From NCBI GenBank assembly GCA_937912005.1, contig CALDOX010000015.1, positions 284,133 to 348,132 of the forward strand: a stretch of 64,000 bases of DNA, read 5' to 3'. Numbering within the stretch: the first letter of the stretch is position 1; each line of letters starts with the position of its first letter. A model generated the notes under the pieces. The model saw nothing but the letters and a program-made list of their open reading frames with translations. It ran no database searches and was not told the DNA's origin. Position numbers and translations under genes: made by a program. This DNA comes from an uncultured Alphaproteobacteria bacterium (GTDB lineage: Bacteria; Pseudomonadota; Alphaproteobacteria; CAAGCB01; CAG-977). Of the stretch, positions 31,928 through 41,879 are shown one piece after another.

Positions 31928-33394
31928 CTAAAAATTATAGTTCGTCAGACACGTTTTGGACTGCATAAACGGACGCCAAACATCTGTTGCAAAGCTGCGG
32001 CTGTCTTTTCCCGCCGTGAACATCGCCGCCATATCGTAGCCGACCATCCCCGCATTGACGATCGCTGCCGCGGACTGAACGCCGTCCATAGAACAAAAAT
32101 AGCCGATTTCTTTCAAATCGTTAGAAAAAATTCCGGCCAGCAAAGTTTGAGAAAATTCGTTAATCCCCGCGACAGCTTCCTTCAAATCATCATAACGCAT
32201 CACATACAACACCGGCGCCAACAATTCGGTTTTGACCGTTCCCGTCTGTTTTGGCATTTCAGCTATGACCGGCCGAACATAATAAGCGTCTTTGTACAGT
32301 CCGATATCCATACGGTCGCCGCCGAAAACAACTCCGCCGTCCAGTTTGGCCTGCTCCAGCTGCAAACGCATAATATCATACGCTTCCTTGTCGATCAGCG
32401 GTCCCATTTTGCTTTGACGTTCAAAAGGCGAATCCACCTGAACAGTATCAAAAGCTTCTTTCAAGTGACGAACAACATCATCATAAACGGAAGAATGGCA
32501 AAACAACCTGTGCAAAGACGTGCATCGTTGTCCGGCATCAGCTATCACAGACCGCAGCACCTGTTTAACGGCCAGATCAATATCGGCGGAAGGCGTCACC
32601 ACCGCAGCATTATTGCCGCCAACGGATAAAATGCTGCGTCCCAAACGCTGCCCGACCTTACTTTGCAGGCGGCGCGCCATAACCGGTGAACCGGCTGCGC
32701 ACAATAAAGGCACATCCTGACTTTCCGCCAAAACAACGGCATCTTCATGATTACAAATGACGATTTGAGACAAATACTCGGGACAATTGGCCGATGATCT
32801 GGCCTTTGCCCGGCGTAAAAGAGAATTAACGGCAAACGCAATCAGCGTCGCTTTCCGCGACGGGCGCCAAATGACCGGATTGCCGCAAACCAGAGCCAAC
32901 AGAGCGTTTAACACCCATACGCGCAGCGGAAAATTAAAAGAGGTAATCACGACAACGGGACCGATCGGCTGCCAAACTTCCGAAGCGGCCAGATGCCGCC
33001 CCTGAGTCGGCACCGAAAATCCCGACATGCGATACTGCATATCCGCGACCATATCGCAGATTTCGATTGACCGTTCCACTTCCTTTAACGCCGTTGCGTA
33101 AATTTTGCCCGTTTCAATGACGACCAATTCGGTCAAAGCTTCTTTTTGCGCGCGCAACTCCTCCCCGAACAAGCGCAAAAGAGCGCTCCGCTCATTCGGT
33201 TCGACCTGACGCCACTCCATAAAAGCCTGTTTAGACCGTTCAATCACCGTGCGGATGCGATCTGCATCGCTCAACGGAAAAGAAGCGATTTGTTCTCCCG
33301 TCACCGGAGAATAATCAACACAATTTCCGCTGGAGATGAATTCCAAATCCAGATTCAGGCGTTTAACAATTTCCGCAACGCGATAAAACATCAA
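31928..33394 (-). CDS. divergent ALDH7 (antiquitin)-like aldehyde dehydrogenase family protein
   Basis: 'FNFP', 'GRSILSVGGNNA' and 'GQRCTSLHRLF' align with ALDH7 'GRSLLELGGNNA' and 'GQRCTTARRLF'. See the finding on motif losses. Confidence 0.8.
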   Translation of the reverse strand: MMFYRVAEIVKRLNLDLEFISSGNCVDYSPVTGEQIASFPLSDADRIRTVIERSKQAFMEWRQVEPNERSALLRLFGEELRAQKEALTELVVIETGKIYATALKEVERSIEICDMVADMQYRMSGFSVPTQGRHLAASEVWQPIGPVVVITSFNFPLRVWVLNALLALVCGNPVIWRPSRKATLIAFAVNSLLRRAKARSSANCPEYLSQIVICNHEDAVVLAESQDVPLLCAAGSPVMARRLQSKVGQRLGRSILSVGGNNAAVVTPSADIDLAVKQVLRSVIADAGQRCTSLHRLFCHSSVYDDVVRHLKEAFDTVQVDSPFERQSKMGPLIDKEAYDIMRLQLEQAKLDGGVVFGGDRMDIGLYKDAYYVRPVIAEMPKQTGTVKTELLAPVLYVMRYDDLKEAVAGINEFSQTLLAGIFSNDLKEIGYFCSMDGVQSAAAIVNAGMVGYDMAAMFTAGKDSRSFATDVWRPFMQSKTCLTNYNF

Positions 33395-34102
33395 TTACTC
33401 TAAGAAGATCGGACGAATCGGCAAACCTTCGGCCAACAATTCTTCATTCGTGATTTCGATGAAGCCGTCCTTTTTAACCTCCAAATCGGCGCGATACACG
33501 GAATCGCCGTAAAGCATAATCACGTCCAGATAAAATCCGTTGTCCGTTTCGGTTACCTTCGCCGGACGGATCAAGTGAGTGACATCTTTGCGCTGCTGCG
33601 GGGTCGGCGTATTGGAAAAAGTGTCTTCATCAACCTTTTCAACCAAGCGCAACGTGCCTTCTTCCGTCTGAACGGCATCCAAAACGAACGTTGCGTAAGG
33701 AACAACCGTCTGCGCATTCAAAATCAATCCCGCGCGCGGGTTGTTTTCAAAAATCGGTTCGCGCGTTCCGTCCATCTTAATGACTTCGGCGTCAGCCCCC
33801 GTACCGGCGATCAGATATCGCATCGTCACGGGCGGAATGGAAGAAAACGTTGTCGCCTGCAGCAGTTTGAAATGAGAATAAAACGGCAGATCCGCCACTA
33901 CAAAACGGGAACGTCCCGGAGTAAACATTTCAAAAGAGGATAAAGCGTTAACTTTTTTAATCAGAACTTCTACGTCCGAATCGGAAACTTCATTCCAGCT
34001 ATACTGGGGCATCGGTTTTCTCCATATTAGTGACACAAAAAATAAAGTTATCAGGAAAAGCCCTAACACACTGCCGGTGATTTTAATCGTTCTTGTCATC
34101 AT
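33395..34102 (-). CDS. membrane-anchored hypothetical protein
   Basis: Single N-terminal TM helix ('ITGSVLGLFLITLFFVSLIW'). No family recognised. Confidence 0.45.
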   Translation of the reverse strand: MMTRTIKITGSVLGLFLITLFFVSLIWRKPMPQYSWNEVSDSDVEVLIKKVNALSSFEMFTPGRSRFVVADLPFYSHFKLLQATTFSSIPPVTMRYLIAGTGADAEVIKMDGTREPIFENNPRAGLILNAQTVVPYATFVLDAVQTEEGTLRLVEKVDEDTFSNTPTPQQRKDVTHLIRPAKVTETDNGFYLDVIMLYGDSVYRADLEVKKDGFIEITNEELLAEGLPIRPIFLE

Positions 34103-35930
34103 TGTCCAGATTTGAGTTTAAATTTTCCGTCATTTTTTTCGCAGTGACCATTATTCCGTCAACGGAAAGATCGTTTTCTTTGCGCAAAACAACAGTCGTC
34201 AGCAGCACCCGTTCAAAACCGACCGTCCGTAAAACCGTTTTCAGATACGCTTCCGAATGAGCGAAACGTCCCGACGGCTGCAAAACATAATCCTGATCCG
34301 AATTTAATTTTTCCGCCGTCAAAAAAACGGTTCCGCCTTCAGCCAAAGCCGCTTTAACGGCCTTAACCAATAAATCCAGCTTACCGAAATAACATACCAC
34401 GTCGGCCAATACAATAAAATCGAAAGCTTCCGGATTTTTTTGGCAAAATTGAACAATATTTTCCGTTTCCAAGCGATCATATATGTTTTTGGCTTGTGCC
34501 GCCGCGATCATTTTTTCAGACAGATCCACCCCTGTTAAAACCGAAGCCCTGGATTTTAATACGGCTCCGTTTAATCCCGTACCGCAGCCGGCATCCAAAA
34601 TACGCAGCCCCGAAGGATGTTTTTCCATTTCCTCCGTCAACAGATCGGGAACATGATAAGAAACTTTCCGCAAGGTCGTTTCAAACGATTCCGCAAACGA
34701 ATCAAACAATTCCCGCACATAGTTATCGGACGCGCCGTCAGGACAATCCCCCCGCAAAGCGGCGCACACATGCGCGGCGATCGGATTTTCGGGAAAAAAC
34801 TGCGCCCATTTCTGCGCTAATTTGACGGCCGTTTCTTTTGCGTCTTCCTGCGTTCCCCGATAAAGATCATACAACGTCTGCGCCAAATAGTGATGAATTT
34901 TCGTCAGCGCCGGATTTAAATGCAGCGCGTTAAAATAAAGCCCGACCGCTTCGGCCGGATCGCCGGCTTCTTTTACGGCCATCGCCAGATTGGAACATGT
35001 TTCCGCCTGTTTCGGATTGATAATGAACGCTTTGCGATAACATTCCAACGCTTCCTCATAGCGTTCCTGATCGTACAGCAAAGCGCCTAAATTATTGAAA
35101 GCGGACGCAAAATTCGGATCCAGCCTGACCGCTTTTTTATAGTCGTCTTCCGCCTCCCAATGTTTTCCCATACCGGCATAAACGTTTGCTCTGTTGTTGT
35201 ACGCGTCGGAAAAGCCGGGATCCAATTCAATGGCGCGGCAATAGGCATGAAAAGCATCATCCGGACGCCTCAAACGTTCAAACGTGATTCCCTTGCCGTT
35301 CCAATAAATCGGATTGCTTTCGTTTAAATCCAAGGCTTTTTCATAATAACGCAAAGCTTGATCATATCTTTCCGACAAACGGTGAGTCACGGCAATCTGC
35401 GCATACGCTTCGGCATTTTGGGAATCCGCCTGTACGGCCTGATCCAGCAATTCCAGAGCCCGATCGGAATTTCCGGCATCGCGTTCGATCAGCGCTAAAT
35501 TCACATAAGCCGATGAAAAATCCGCACGGAGTTCTATCGCCTTTCGGAATTGTTTTTTTGCTTCTTCCGTATCCCCTTCAAAACGATAAATAATGCCGAT
35601 ATTATGATATGTTTCCGGCAAAGAATCATCTTTTGCCAAAACGGATTTATAATGTTCCAACGATTCTTTCGGATGTCCCGAATCCTGCAGGGCCTGAGCC
35701 AGCGTAAATTCATATGCGACGACATCCGGCGCCAAACGAACGGCCTTATAGAGCAATTCAACCGCCGAATCAAACGATTTTTTTTGCAAAGCCAGCGTTC
35801 CCAACAAGTACAAAACATCCGTCTGTTCGGGCGATATTTCCAACAACTGACGGTACATTGCTTCCGCTTCATCCAGCCGTCCCTGTTCGTGCAAACGCAC
35901 CGCGTTGTTCAAAACAAGATTAAAAGACAT
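34083..35930 (-). CDS. TPR-repeat protein fused to a class I SAM-dependent methyltransferase
   Basis: About 10 TPR units ('A..Y..AL.L.P....A..NLG'), then 'ILDAGCGTGLNG' (SAM motif I). Confidence 0.75.
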   Translation of the reverse strand: MSFNLVLNNAVRLHEQGRLDEAEAMYRQLLEISPEQTDVLYLLGTLALQKKSFDSAVELLYKAVRLAPDVVAYEFTLAQALQDSGHPKESLEHYKSVLAKDDSLPETYHNIGIIYRFEGDTEEAKKQFRKAIELRADFSSAYVNLALIERDAGNSDRALELLDQAVQADSQNAEAYAQIAVTHRLSERYDQALRYYEKALDLNESNPIYWNGKGITFERLRRPDDAFHAYCRAIELDPGFSDAYNNRANVYAGMGKHWEAEDDYKKAVRLDPNFASAFNNLGALLYDQERYEEALECYRKAFIINPKQAETCSNLAMAVKEAGDPAEAVGLYFNALHLNPALTKIHHYLAQTLYDLYRGTQEDAKETAVKLAQKWAQFFPENPIAAHVCAALRGDCPDGASDNYVRELFDSFAESFETTLRKVSYHVPDLLTEEMEKHPSGLRILDAGCGTGLNGAVLKSRASVLTGVDLSEKMIAAAQAKNIYDRLETENIVQFCQKNPEAFDFIVLADVVCYFGKLDLLVKAVKAALAEGGTVFLTAEKLNSDQDYVLQPSGRFAHSEAYLKTVLRTVGFERVLLTTVVLRKENDLSVDGIMVTAKKMTENLNSNLDNDDKND

Positions 35931-36028
35931 AAAATATCCGCCTCTTACCCAAAGGAAAAATTGACTTATAATTTATGCGAGTCTATGAATAAATACTAGA
36001 GTTATGTTTGTTTAACGGAAAAACCGAT

Positions 36029-39000
36029 ATGTCAGAAACGGACCGCATTGAAAAAAAGGCACAGAAATCCAAAATCAGAAAGGCCGCGCAGAAGGACGAA
36101 TCATCCATCACGTTTTATTTGCATGCGTCTTTGTTCCTGTTTTTTCTGACGGCTTATGCCTTCCTGCTGTTTTTATATAAGAACAAATACCCCCTCATTC
36201 TTAACAATGAAATTTTGCCGGAAGTCCTTTTTTCCTGCTTCGGACTGCTTATTTTTTCTTTTGCTTCCTTATTTTTGCTTTCTTTTTGGCGTTTTCTGGC
36301 CAGAGTCTTTATTGCCGTTGTCGCCGGCGCCGCCGCAGCCTATATTTTAGGGCTGATGTTTCCTTTCAATATCGGTAATTACGCCGCGCATTATGTTTCC
36401 TTTCTGCCTCAAAACGTTCTGACGTACATTGCCGCGAACGGCAACCAGATCATCGCCGGCATTTCCGGACTGCTTTTCTTTATCCTGCTGAATATATTCA
36501 AAGGCGGCGCGATGGCGTTTTTATCTTTGCCGGTTCTGGTTGCCGTCTTTATGCTTTTGAATACGGCGGCAAAACAAATCATACCCGAAAAAATTCAAGT
36601 TGAAACCGTCAGCGCGGATCAGAAAAAAGAAAAAACAGACAATCTGATTTATCTTATTTTAGCCGATCACACGGGATATGCCGTTGCAGCCGAAACATGG
36701 CAGACATTAAATTCCAAAAACGCGGCGCCGGCGGAAATGCCGTTTTCACCGACGTTTATTCCCGCTTTTTATAAAACGAACAACTTCACTTTTTATCCGT
36801 CGGCTTATCTGCGTTTCCTGAACAAATACCGCAACATAGGAAACGCTCTGAATCCCTCTTTGACGGAAATAGGCGACGATTTATTCAACCGTACGGACGC
36901 CGTTTATTATGTCAGCTCTGACGACGCTTCGGTCAGCGCTTCCCGCAACGATTTGTTCAAAGCGCTGAAAAACAAGGGATACAGTTTGAATATTTATCAA
37001 TCTTATCCTTTCGATTTCTGCAAAGATGCCGGCGCCAAAGAAATTTCAAGCTGCGTCACCTATCCGGCTCCGATGGGGGCTTTATATCAAACGAATCTGT
37101 CAACCCAGTCCCGTTTAATGCTTTTGATCGGTCATTGGCTGTATTCAACGCCGTTCGGCAAACAAGCGGCCGAATATCTTTATCAAAAAGCCAACTCCAA
37201 AATAGACGCTTCCGGCCTGCCCCTTTTAGGCAATCCGATGTCAAAATCCTTATCGGTCGGGCAACCGCTGATTTTGTCACATCTGCGGCAGGATGTTCTG
37301 TCTTCTTCCGGAAAGAATGTCTTTTTTGCACATTTAAATCTGCCGCATTATCCGTATGTTTATGATAAAAACTGCCAACTGAGAATTGATCCGATGACTT
37401 GGCGCGGCAACGCTCCCTATACGGATAAAAGAGAGTTAAGCGGCGAACTGAAACGTTGGGAAGATTACAATCAGCAGCTTTTCTGTACCTATGCGCAAAT
37501 CAATTATTTAATCGATGATTTAAAAACCGCAAAACTTCTGGATAAAACAACGATCATTATCCATGGCGACAAAGGATCGGGCATCCGCAAAGAAAAAACG
37601 GATGAAGATCAGCTGACTCGCACGGACAGAATGATCTATCGGTTTAAAAATAATATGACCACCGTTTTCGGGATTTATAAACCGAAAAACAAGGCGAGCG
37701 TCAACACTGCGGCCTGTGATATCGCGACATTGATAGACCGTCACCTTTTAGACAACACGACCAGCGTTTGTCAACCGCCCGATTTTTCGGCTTTTACGCG
37801 TGAAGAACAGGACAAGTCTATGGCTTGGCTTGCCGCCCCCGTTTCCGAAAATTATTTAAAATCGTCTGATTTCAAGTCGTCATATACATCATGGCTGGAA
37901 AACGGCGGACAAGCTTTTATGGCGTCACTGAATGAACGGCTGAAGCAAGAGCAGGAAAAAGAGGCGTCTTCAAAAATCAGTTTTGTTGCGCCGCCCGCAT
38001 TTATGGAAAACCAGAAAAAAGCGGAAAATACTTCTTCCGCCAAAGAAAAAACGACCGACTTTTTCCCGGTACCGGAAACAAAATCGGAAATAAAACAGGA
38101 TGCTTCCCTGCCGCCTCCGTCCTCTGAAAAGGAACCAAACGATATTCCGCCGCCGCCGACAACCGCACCGGAAACCGAAGCCGATTTCATATCCCTGCCC
38201 GCTCCCGTACTTGTCGAGCAGCCGGCGTCGGCACAAACAAGCGACAGCGAAGTTCCTCCTCCGCCGCCGACAGACATTATAGCCGATGATCTGGGTCAGT
38301 TGCCGCAGCCTATCGTTTTACCGGAATCTTCCGCTCAGGATAAATGGAAAACGGCGGATATTAAGGACGGACAAACAACAACTCTCGAGTTGGTGCCGAC
38401 AATTGCCGATCAAAATGCAGAACAGCCTGTTCAGCCGGAAATTCAGGAAACTCCGACACCGCAAGCGGCTCCCGCGGTTCAAGTCGAAGTTTTGCCTTTG
38501 CCTCCTGCCGTACAGTCTGAGGCCGTTGCGAAACTTCCTTCCGAAGCGCCTCCGGCAACAGAACCTTCTCAATCGGTTGCAGTTCAACCGCAAGAAGAAC
38601 TGACGCAAGCAATCCCCGCTTTGTCTGCGGATATACCGCAGCCTGTTGACGCCGCATCCGCTCCGACAGAGGCCGAAAAACCTCTCCCGACGGCAGCCGA
38701 CGAAGAGGCTCAGGCAATCGCTGCCGCGGAGGCTCAAATCAAAGCGGCGCAGGAAATTAAAGCAAAGGCCGAAGCCGCCGCTCAAGCCCGCGCAAAAGCA
38801 GAAGCGGAAGCCAAAGCAAAAGCCGAAGAGGAAGCGCGACTGAAAGCAGAAGAAGAAGCCAAACTTTTAGCCGAAGCCGAAGCTCAGCTTAAAGCCGCCG
38901 AAGAAGCCAAGGCTAAAGCTGAAGCTGCTGCTCAGGCTCGTATAAAAGCCGAAGAAGAAGCCAAAGCCAAAGCGGCAGAAGAAGCACGTCTGAAAGACGA

Positions 39001-39559
39001 AGAAGAAGCTAAAGCCAAAGCTGAAATGGAAGCGCAGATCAAAGCCGCTCAGGAAGCTCAGGCCCGCGCCAGAGCCGAAGCGAGAGCGGCTAAAGCCAGA
39101 GAAGAAGAGGAAGAACGCCGCAGACAGGAAGAAGCGGAAAGAGAAGAAATGCGCAAAAAGACCCCGCCGCCTCCGGCCAATGCCGACGAATTGGATATCG
39201 TTAAAGAAACGCTGGTTGAACGTATAAACGATGACGGCGAAATCGAAACCTTTATTTATCTGGAACGCAAGCCCAATCCGAATAAATTTAAAAAGAAAGC
39301 GCAAAAAGAACGGGAACTGCAGCAACAGGATTTGGTAAAAGAGCCTGCCGAACAGACTGCTCCTTCAGAGGAAAAACAGCCTGTTCAGGTTCCTGCGAAC
39401 GTACCGGCAACAGAGGAGCCGCCCGCAGTCTCCTCTGCCATACCCGTTTCCGAACCGGAAGCACCTCCCCTTTCGATTCCGGCCGAACAGGAAACGGAAA
39501 CGCTTAAAACGCCCGAACAGCCCCGGCCGGCCGTTGTCGAACGCGTTTTGGAAGATTAA
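36029..39559 (+). CDS. large inner-membrane protein: polytopic N-domain + alkaline-phosphatase/sulfatase-like domain + Pro-rich linker + TolA-like A/E/K repeats
   Basis: ATG 36029 (the track uses TTG 36008). There are 5-6 TM helices, then 'LILADHTGY', 'HLNLPHYPYVYD' and 'IIIHGDKGSG' blocks reminiscent of the LtaS/EptA/OpgB-type fold. The C-terminal half is low-complexity. Confidence 0.65.
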   Translation: MSETDRIEKKAQKSKIRKAAQKDESSITFYLHASLFLFFLTAYAFLLFLYKNKYPLILNNEILPEVLFSCFGLLIFSFASLFLLSFWRFLARVFIAVVAGAAAAYILGLMFPFNIGNYAAHYVSFLPQNVLTYIAANGNQIIAGISGLLFFILLNIFKGGAMAFLSLPVLVAVFMLLNTAAKQIIPEKIQVETVSADQKKEKTDNLIYLILADHTGYAVAAETWQTLNSKNAAPAEMPFSPTFIPAFYKTNNFTFYPSAYLRFLNKYRNIGNALNPSLTEIGDDLFNRTDAVYYVSSDDASVSASRNDLFKALKNKGYSLNIYQSYPFDFCKDAGAKEISSCVTYPAPMGALYQTNLSTQSRLMLLIGHWLYSTPFGKQAAEYLYQKANSKIDASGLPLLGNPMSKSLSVGQPLILSHLRQDVLSSSGKNVFFAHLNLPHYPYVYDKNCQLRIDPMTWRGNAPYTDKRELSGELKRWEDYNQQLFCTYAQINYLIDDLKTAKLLDKTTIIIHGDKGSGIRKEKTDEDQLTRTDRMIYRFKNNMTTVFGIYKPKNKASVNTAACDIATLIDRHLLDNTTSVCQPPDFSAFTREEQDKSMAWLAAPVSENYLKSSDFKSSYTSWLENGGQAFMASLNERLKQEQEKEASSKISFVAPPAFMENQKKAENTSSAKEKTTDFFPVPETKSEIKQDASLPPPSSEKEPNDIPPPPTTAPETEADFISLPAPVLVEQPASAQTSDSEVPPPPPTDIIADDLGQLPQPIVLPESSAQDKWKTADIKDGQTTTLELVPTIADQNAEQPVQPEIQETPTPQAAPAVQVEVLPLPPAVQSEAVAKLPSEAPPATEPSQSVAVQPQEELTQAIPALSADIPQPVDAASAPTEAEKPLPTAADEEAQAIAAAEAQIKAAQEIKAKAEAAAQARAKAEAEAKAKAEEEARLKAEEEAKLLAEAEAQLKAAEEAKAKAEAAAQARIKAEEEAKAKAAEEARLKDEEEAKAKAEMEAQIKAAQEAQARARAEARAAKAREEEEERRRQEEAEREEMRKKTPPPPANADELDIVKETLVERINDDGEIETFIYLERKPNPNKFKKKAQKERELQQQDLVKEPAEQTAPSEEKQPVQVPANVPATEEPPAVSSAIPVSEPEAPPLSIPAEQETETLKTPEQPRPAVVERVLED
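38721..39160 (+). repeat. in-frame tandem coding repeats (about 3 units of 45-48 aa, 'AQ(I/L)KAA.E.KAKAEAAAQAR.KAE.EAKAKA.EEARLK.EEEAK')
   Basis: Read directly from the translation of the 36029-39559 gene. The DNA shows reiterated gaagc/aaagc units. Confidence 0.7.
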
Positions 39560-39694
39560 GGCTTTTGTTTTATTGCCATTTGTTATATACTTTTCTCCGT
39601 TTAAGCAGGAAAGAGCAAAAATCTGCCCGAATCAATGCAGATAAAAATACCGAACGGCGCTATGAATTTGGACTTGAGCTTAAAGGAAATAATT

Positions 39695-39991
39695 ATGGCA
39701 AAAAATGAAGTTATTCAACGTATTCAAAACGAAATAAACGGCAATCACATTGTTTTGTTTATGAAAGGAACGCCCTCCAATCCGAAATGCGGTTTTTCCG
39801 CAGACGCATCCAAGCGATTAAAAGATGCGGGCATCGCCTATAAAAGTGTGGATGTTTTATCCGATCCCGCTTTATATGACAGCATTCGGCAATACACTAA
39901 TTACACCCACTTTCCTCAAATGTTTATTGACGGCCGTTTTATCGGCAGTACGGAAAACATCAATAAATATATGACCAAGAAAAAACTTTAA
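39695..39991 (+). CDS. grxD: monothiol glutaredoxin (Grx4 family)
   Basis: 'CGFS' active site. ATG 39695 has an AAAGGA SD. The track ORF starts further upstream. Confidence 0.9.
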   Translation: MAKNEVIQRIQNEINGNHIVLFMKGTPSNPKCGFSADASKRLKDAGIAYKSVDVLSDPALYDSIRQYTNYTHFPQMFIDGRFIGSTENINKYMTKKKL

Positions 39992-40009
39992 GGCGCTCGT
40001 TTTACGATA

Positions 40010-40043
40010 AAAAAAAGCCTCTTTGAAAAAAGAGGCTTTTTTT
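40010..40043. terminator. rho-independent terminator after grxD
   Basis: GCCTCTT (40017-40023) / AAGAGGC (40030-40036) stem, flanked by an A-run and a T-run. Confidence 0.8.
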
Positions 40044-40087
40044 ATCGGAATATCTTGATACACTAAAAAAGTTTAAGGGTTTGTCAG

Positions 40088-40690
40088 ATGCTTTACCATC
40101 TTATTTTTGCTTTTTTATTGTTTTTATTTCCGTTTCATCTGCACGCGGAAGGCTTTGTTTTAAAAGATGAGGAATGCGAAACAAAATTGGTCGATCTGAT
40201 CAACAACGCTTCCGATTACATAGACGTGTCCGTCTATGCCATTAATAACAAGCCGTTGACGGAAGCCTTGATTGCCGCCCATCATCGCGGTGTGAAACTG
40301 CGTGTTCTGACGGACAAACTTCAAGCGGCGGGAAGCTCGTCCCGTATTTGGGATTTAGTCGCGGCAGGCGTCCCTTTGCGCGTACACACCCACAAACGCA
40401 TTATGCACACGAAAGTCGCGATTTACGACGGCGTTTCCGTTTCCAGCGGCTCTTTGAATTGGACCGAACCCGCCGTGCATAAGAACGAAGAAGTTTGTGA
40501 TATTTTTATAAACGATCCCGATTACGCGGCGCAGCATCAAAAATTGTTTGATCAAAGATGGGAAAACAATTCTCAGGAAAAATCTGACGAATGGCTGCTT
40601 GAAAAACAAAAGGAACGAGCCGTTAAACGCCAAAAAACGACTAATCGCCGGATGACAGCGAACGAACAAAATTCAAATTCAATGCCTTAG
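40088..40690 (+). CDS. secreted phospholipase D-family (Nuc-like) endonuclease
   Basis: Signal peptide and a single HKD motif 'HTKVAIYDGVSVSSGSLNWT'. Basic C-terminal tail. Confidence 0.8.
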   Translation: MLYHLIFAFLLFLFPFHLHAEGFVLKDEECETKLVDLINNASDYIDVSVYAINNKPLTEALIAAHHRGVKLRVLTDKLQAAGSSSRIWDLVAAGVPLRVHTHKRIMHTKVAIYDGVSVSSGSLNWTEPAVHKNEEVCDIFINDPDYAAQHQKLFDQRWENNSQEKSDEWLLEKQKERAVKRQKTTNRRMTANEQNSNSMP

Positions 40691-41879
40691 CCTGATCCAA
40701 AACGGCAGGCAAGCGTTTATCCTGCAACCAAACGCACGCCGCCGGATGAGTTGTTCCGGAATAATATTCCCGGGCACATTGCAATGCCGTTTTTCTGAAT
40801 AACGCTTCCGTATGAAACGATCGGTACGAAAAATCCGCACTGTATCCCAATACGGCGAAGCAACAGACATAAATAAAAACGGGACGAACCGTCCGCAACA
40901 GCGTAAAAATAACGGGGACAAGAAAAATAACAAAACCACATCCCGCACTGATAAAAGAAAACGGAGGCTGAAGAGACAAAGAAACCCGCTGAAAAGCGGA
41001 AAAGAAAAAGGCAAGGCCGATTGTCAATAACGTTAAAGTGTCTCGGTCCTTCCAGAGTTTTTTTTCATAAACCACCGCCAACAATGCCCCAATTACCGGC
41101 AGGATTAAAATGAAATGAAAATCCGTGATAAGATCAAAGCCGCTTAATGCCGCCGAAACGGACATAACCGTTTTTCGAAAAGCTTCGGAAAAACCGGAAA
41201 AGAAATAAACTTCGGCTTTTAAAGCGGAAATGCTTTTTATCACAAAAAACAACAAAAACGCGCCAAGTACTTTTCTCCATTTTCGCTGCAGCAGCTCCAT
41301 AAAAGCCCATCCGAAAAAAACAACCGTGGCAAAAACAGCGTTCATTGAAAAAACAGACAACGCTAAAAACAATAAAAAGAAAAAAGAATTACGATATGTC
41401 GGCAGACGTTGAAAACCTATATCGGCCGCCCACAAACCGAAAAATATTGTCAGATGTATCTGCAGCGCCGTCGTTTCCATCAAATTCCAAACATTTAAAT
41501 CGGAAAAAAACGGAATAAAGAAAAACGGCAAAAAAGAATAAGAACCGGCCGCTTTCTCAATCAGCCGATATAATAAAATCATATCCGCGATATAAATCAA
41601 ATAATTCAACGCAAGAAACGCCCGAATATTCCATCCGCCGAAAAAATAAAACAAATGCGTAATTAATTGAGGAATGAGAGGCCAGCCGTCTGCCGTTGCC
41701 GGAAAAGCTGTTTCCTTTTTTTCAAACATTGACAACGTATCCCATTCCGCATAACGGGGAATCGGAAAATCCACTTCAAAAATCCAGCCGTATAAAGCGG
41801 CGATACCGAATAAAATCAGTGCCGGCCAAGGCAATTTTTCCCATATCGGAAGCAAGCGTTTTTTTATTTTTAAAAACAT
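40641..41879 (-). CDS. polytopic membrane protein, unknown function (possibly a glycosyl/O-antigen-type transferase)
   Basis: About 10-11 hydrophobic segments. No motif recognised. The 3' end overlaps the convergent PLD gene by 50 nt. Confidence 0.5.
   Translation of the reverse strand: MFLKIKKRLLPIWEKLPWPALILFGIAALYGWIFEVDFPIPRYAEWDTLSMFEKKETAFPATADGWPLIPQLITHLFYFFGGWNIRAFLALNYLIYIADMILLYRLIEKAAGSYSFLPFFFIPFFSDLNVWNLMETTALQIHLTIFFGLWAADIGFQRLPTYRNSFFFLLFLALSVFSMNAVFATVVFFGWAFMELLQRKWRKVLGAFLLFFVIKSISALKAEVYFFSGFSEAFRKTVMSVSAALSGFDLITDFHFILILPVIGALLAVVYEKKLWKDRDTLTLLTIGLAFFFSAFQRVSLSLQPPFSFISAGCGFVIFLVPVIFTLLRTVRPVFIYVCCFAVLGYSADFSYRSFHTEALFRKTALQCAREYYSGTTHPAACVWLQDKRLPAVLDQAKALNLNFVRSLSSGD

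Noticed and set aside
31925-32629. 234-aa plus-strand ORF
   Set aside because: It is antisense to the ALDH-family gene and has no recognisable domain.
38721-39160. Possible CRISPR array or non-coding tandem repeat
   Set aside because: The repeats are about 140 nt, imperfect, contiguous with no spacers, and lie in frame inside a long ORF encoding A/E/K helical repeats. There are no cas genes in the window.
37852-39325. Several 90-155-aa ORFs on both strands within the low-complexity half of the large membrane protein gene
   Set aside because: They are generated by the repetitive GAA/GCN-rich coding sequence. They are mutually overlapping and compositionally degenerate (G/R/F/S-rich).
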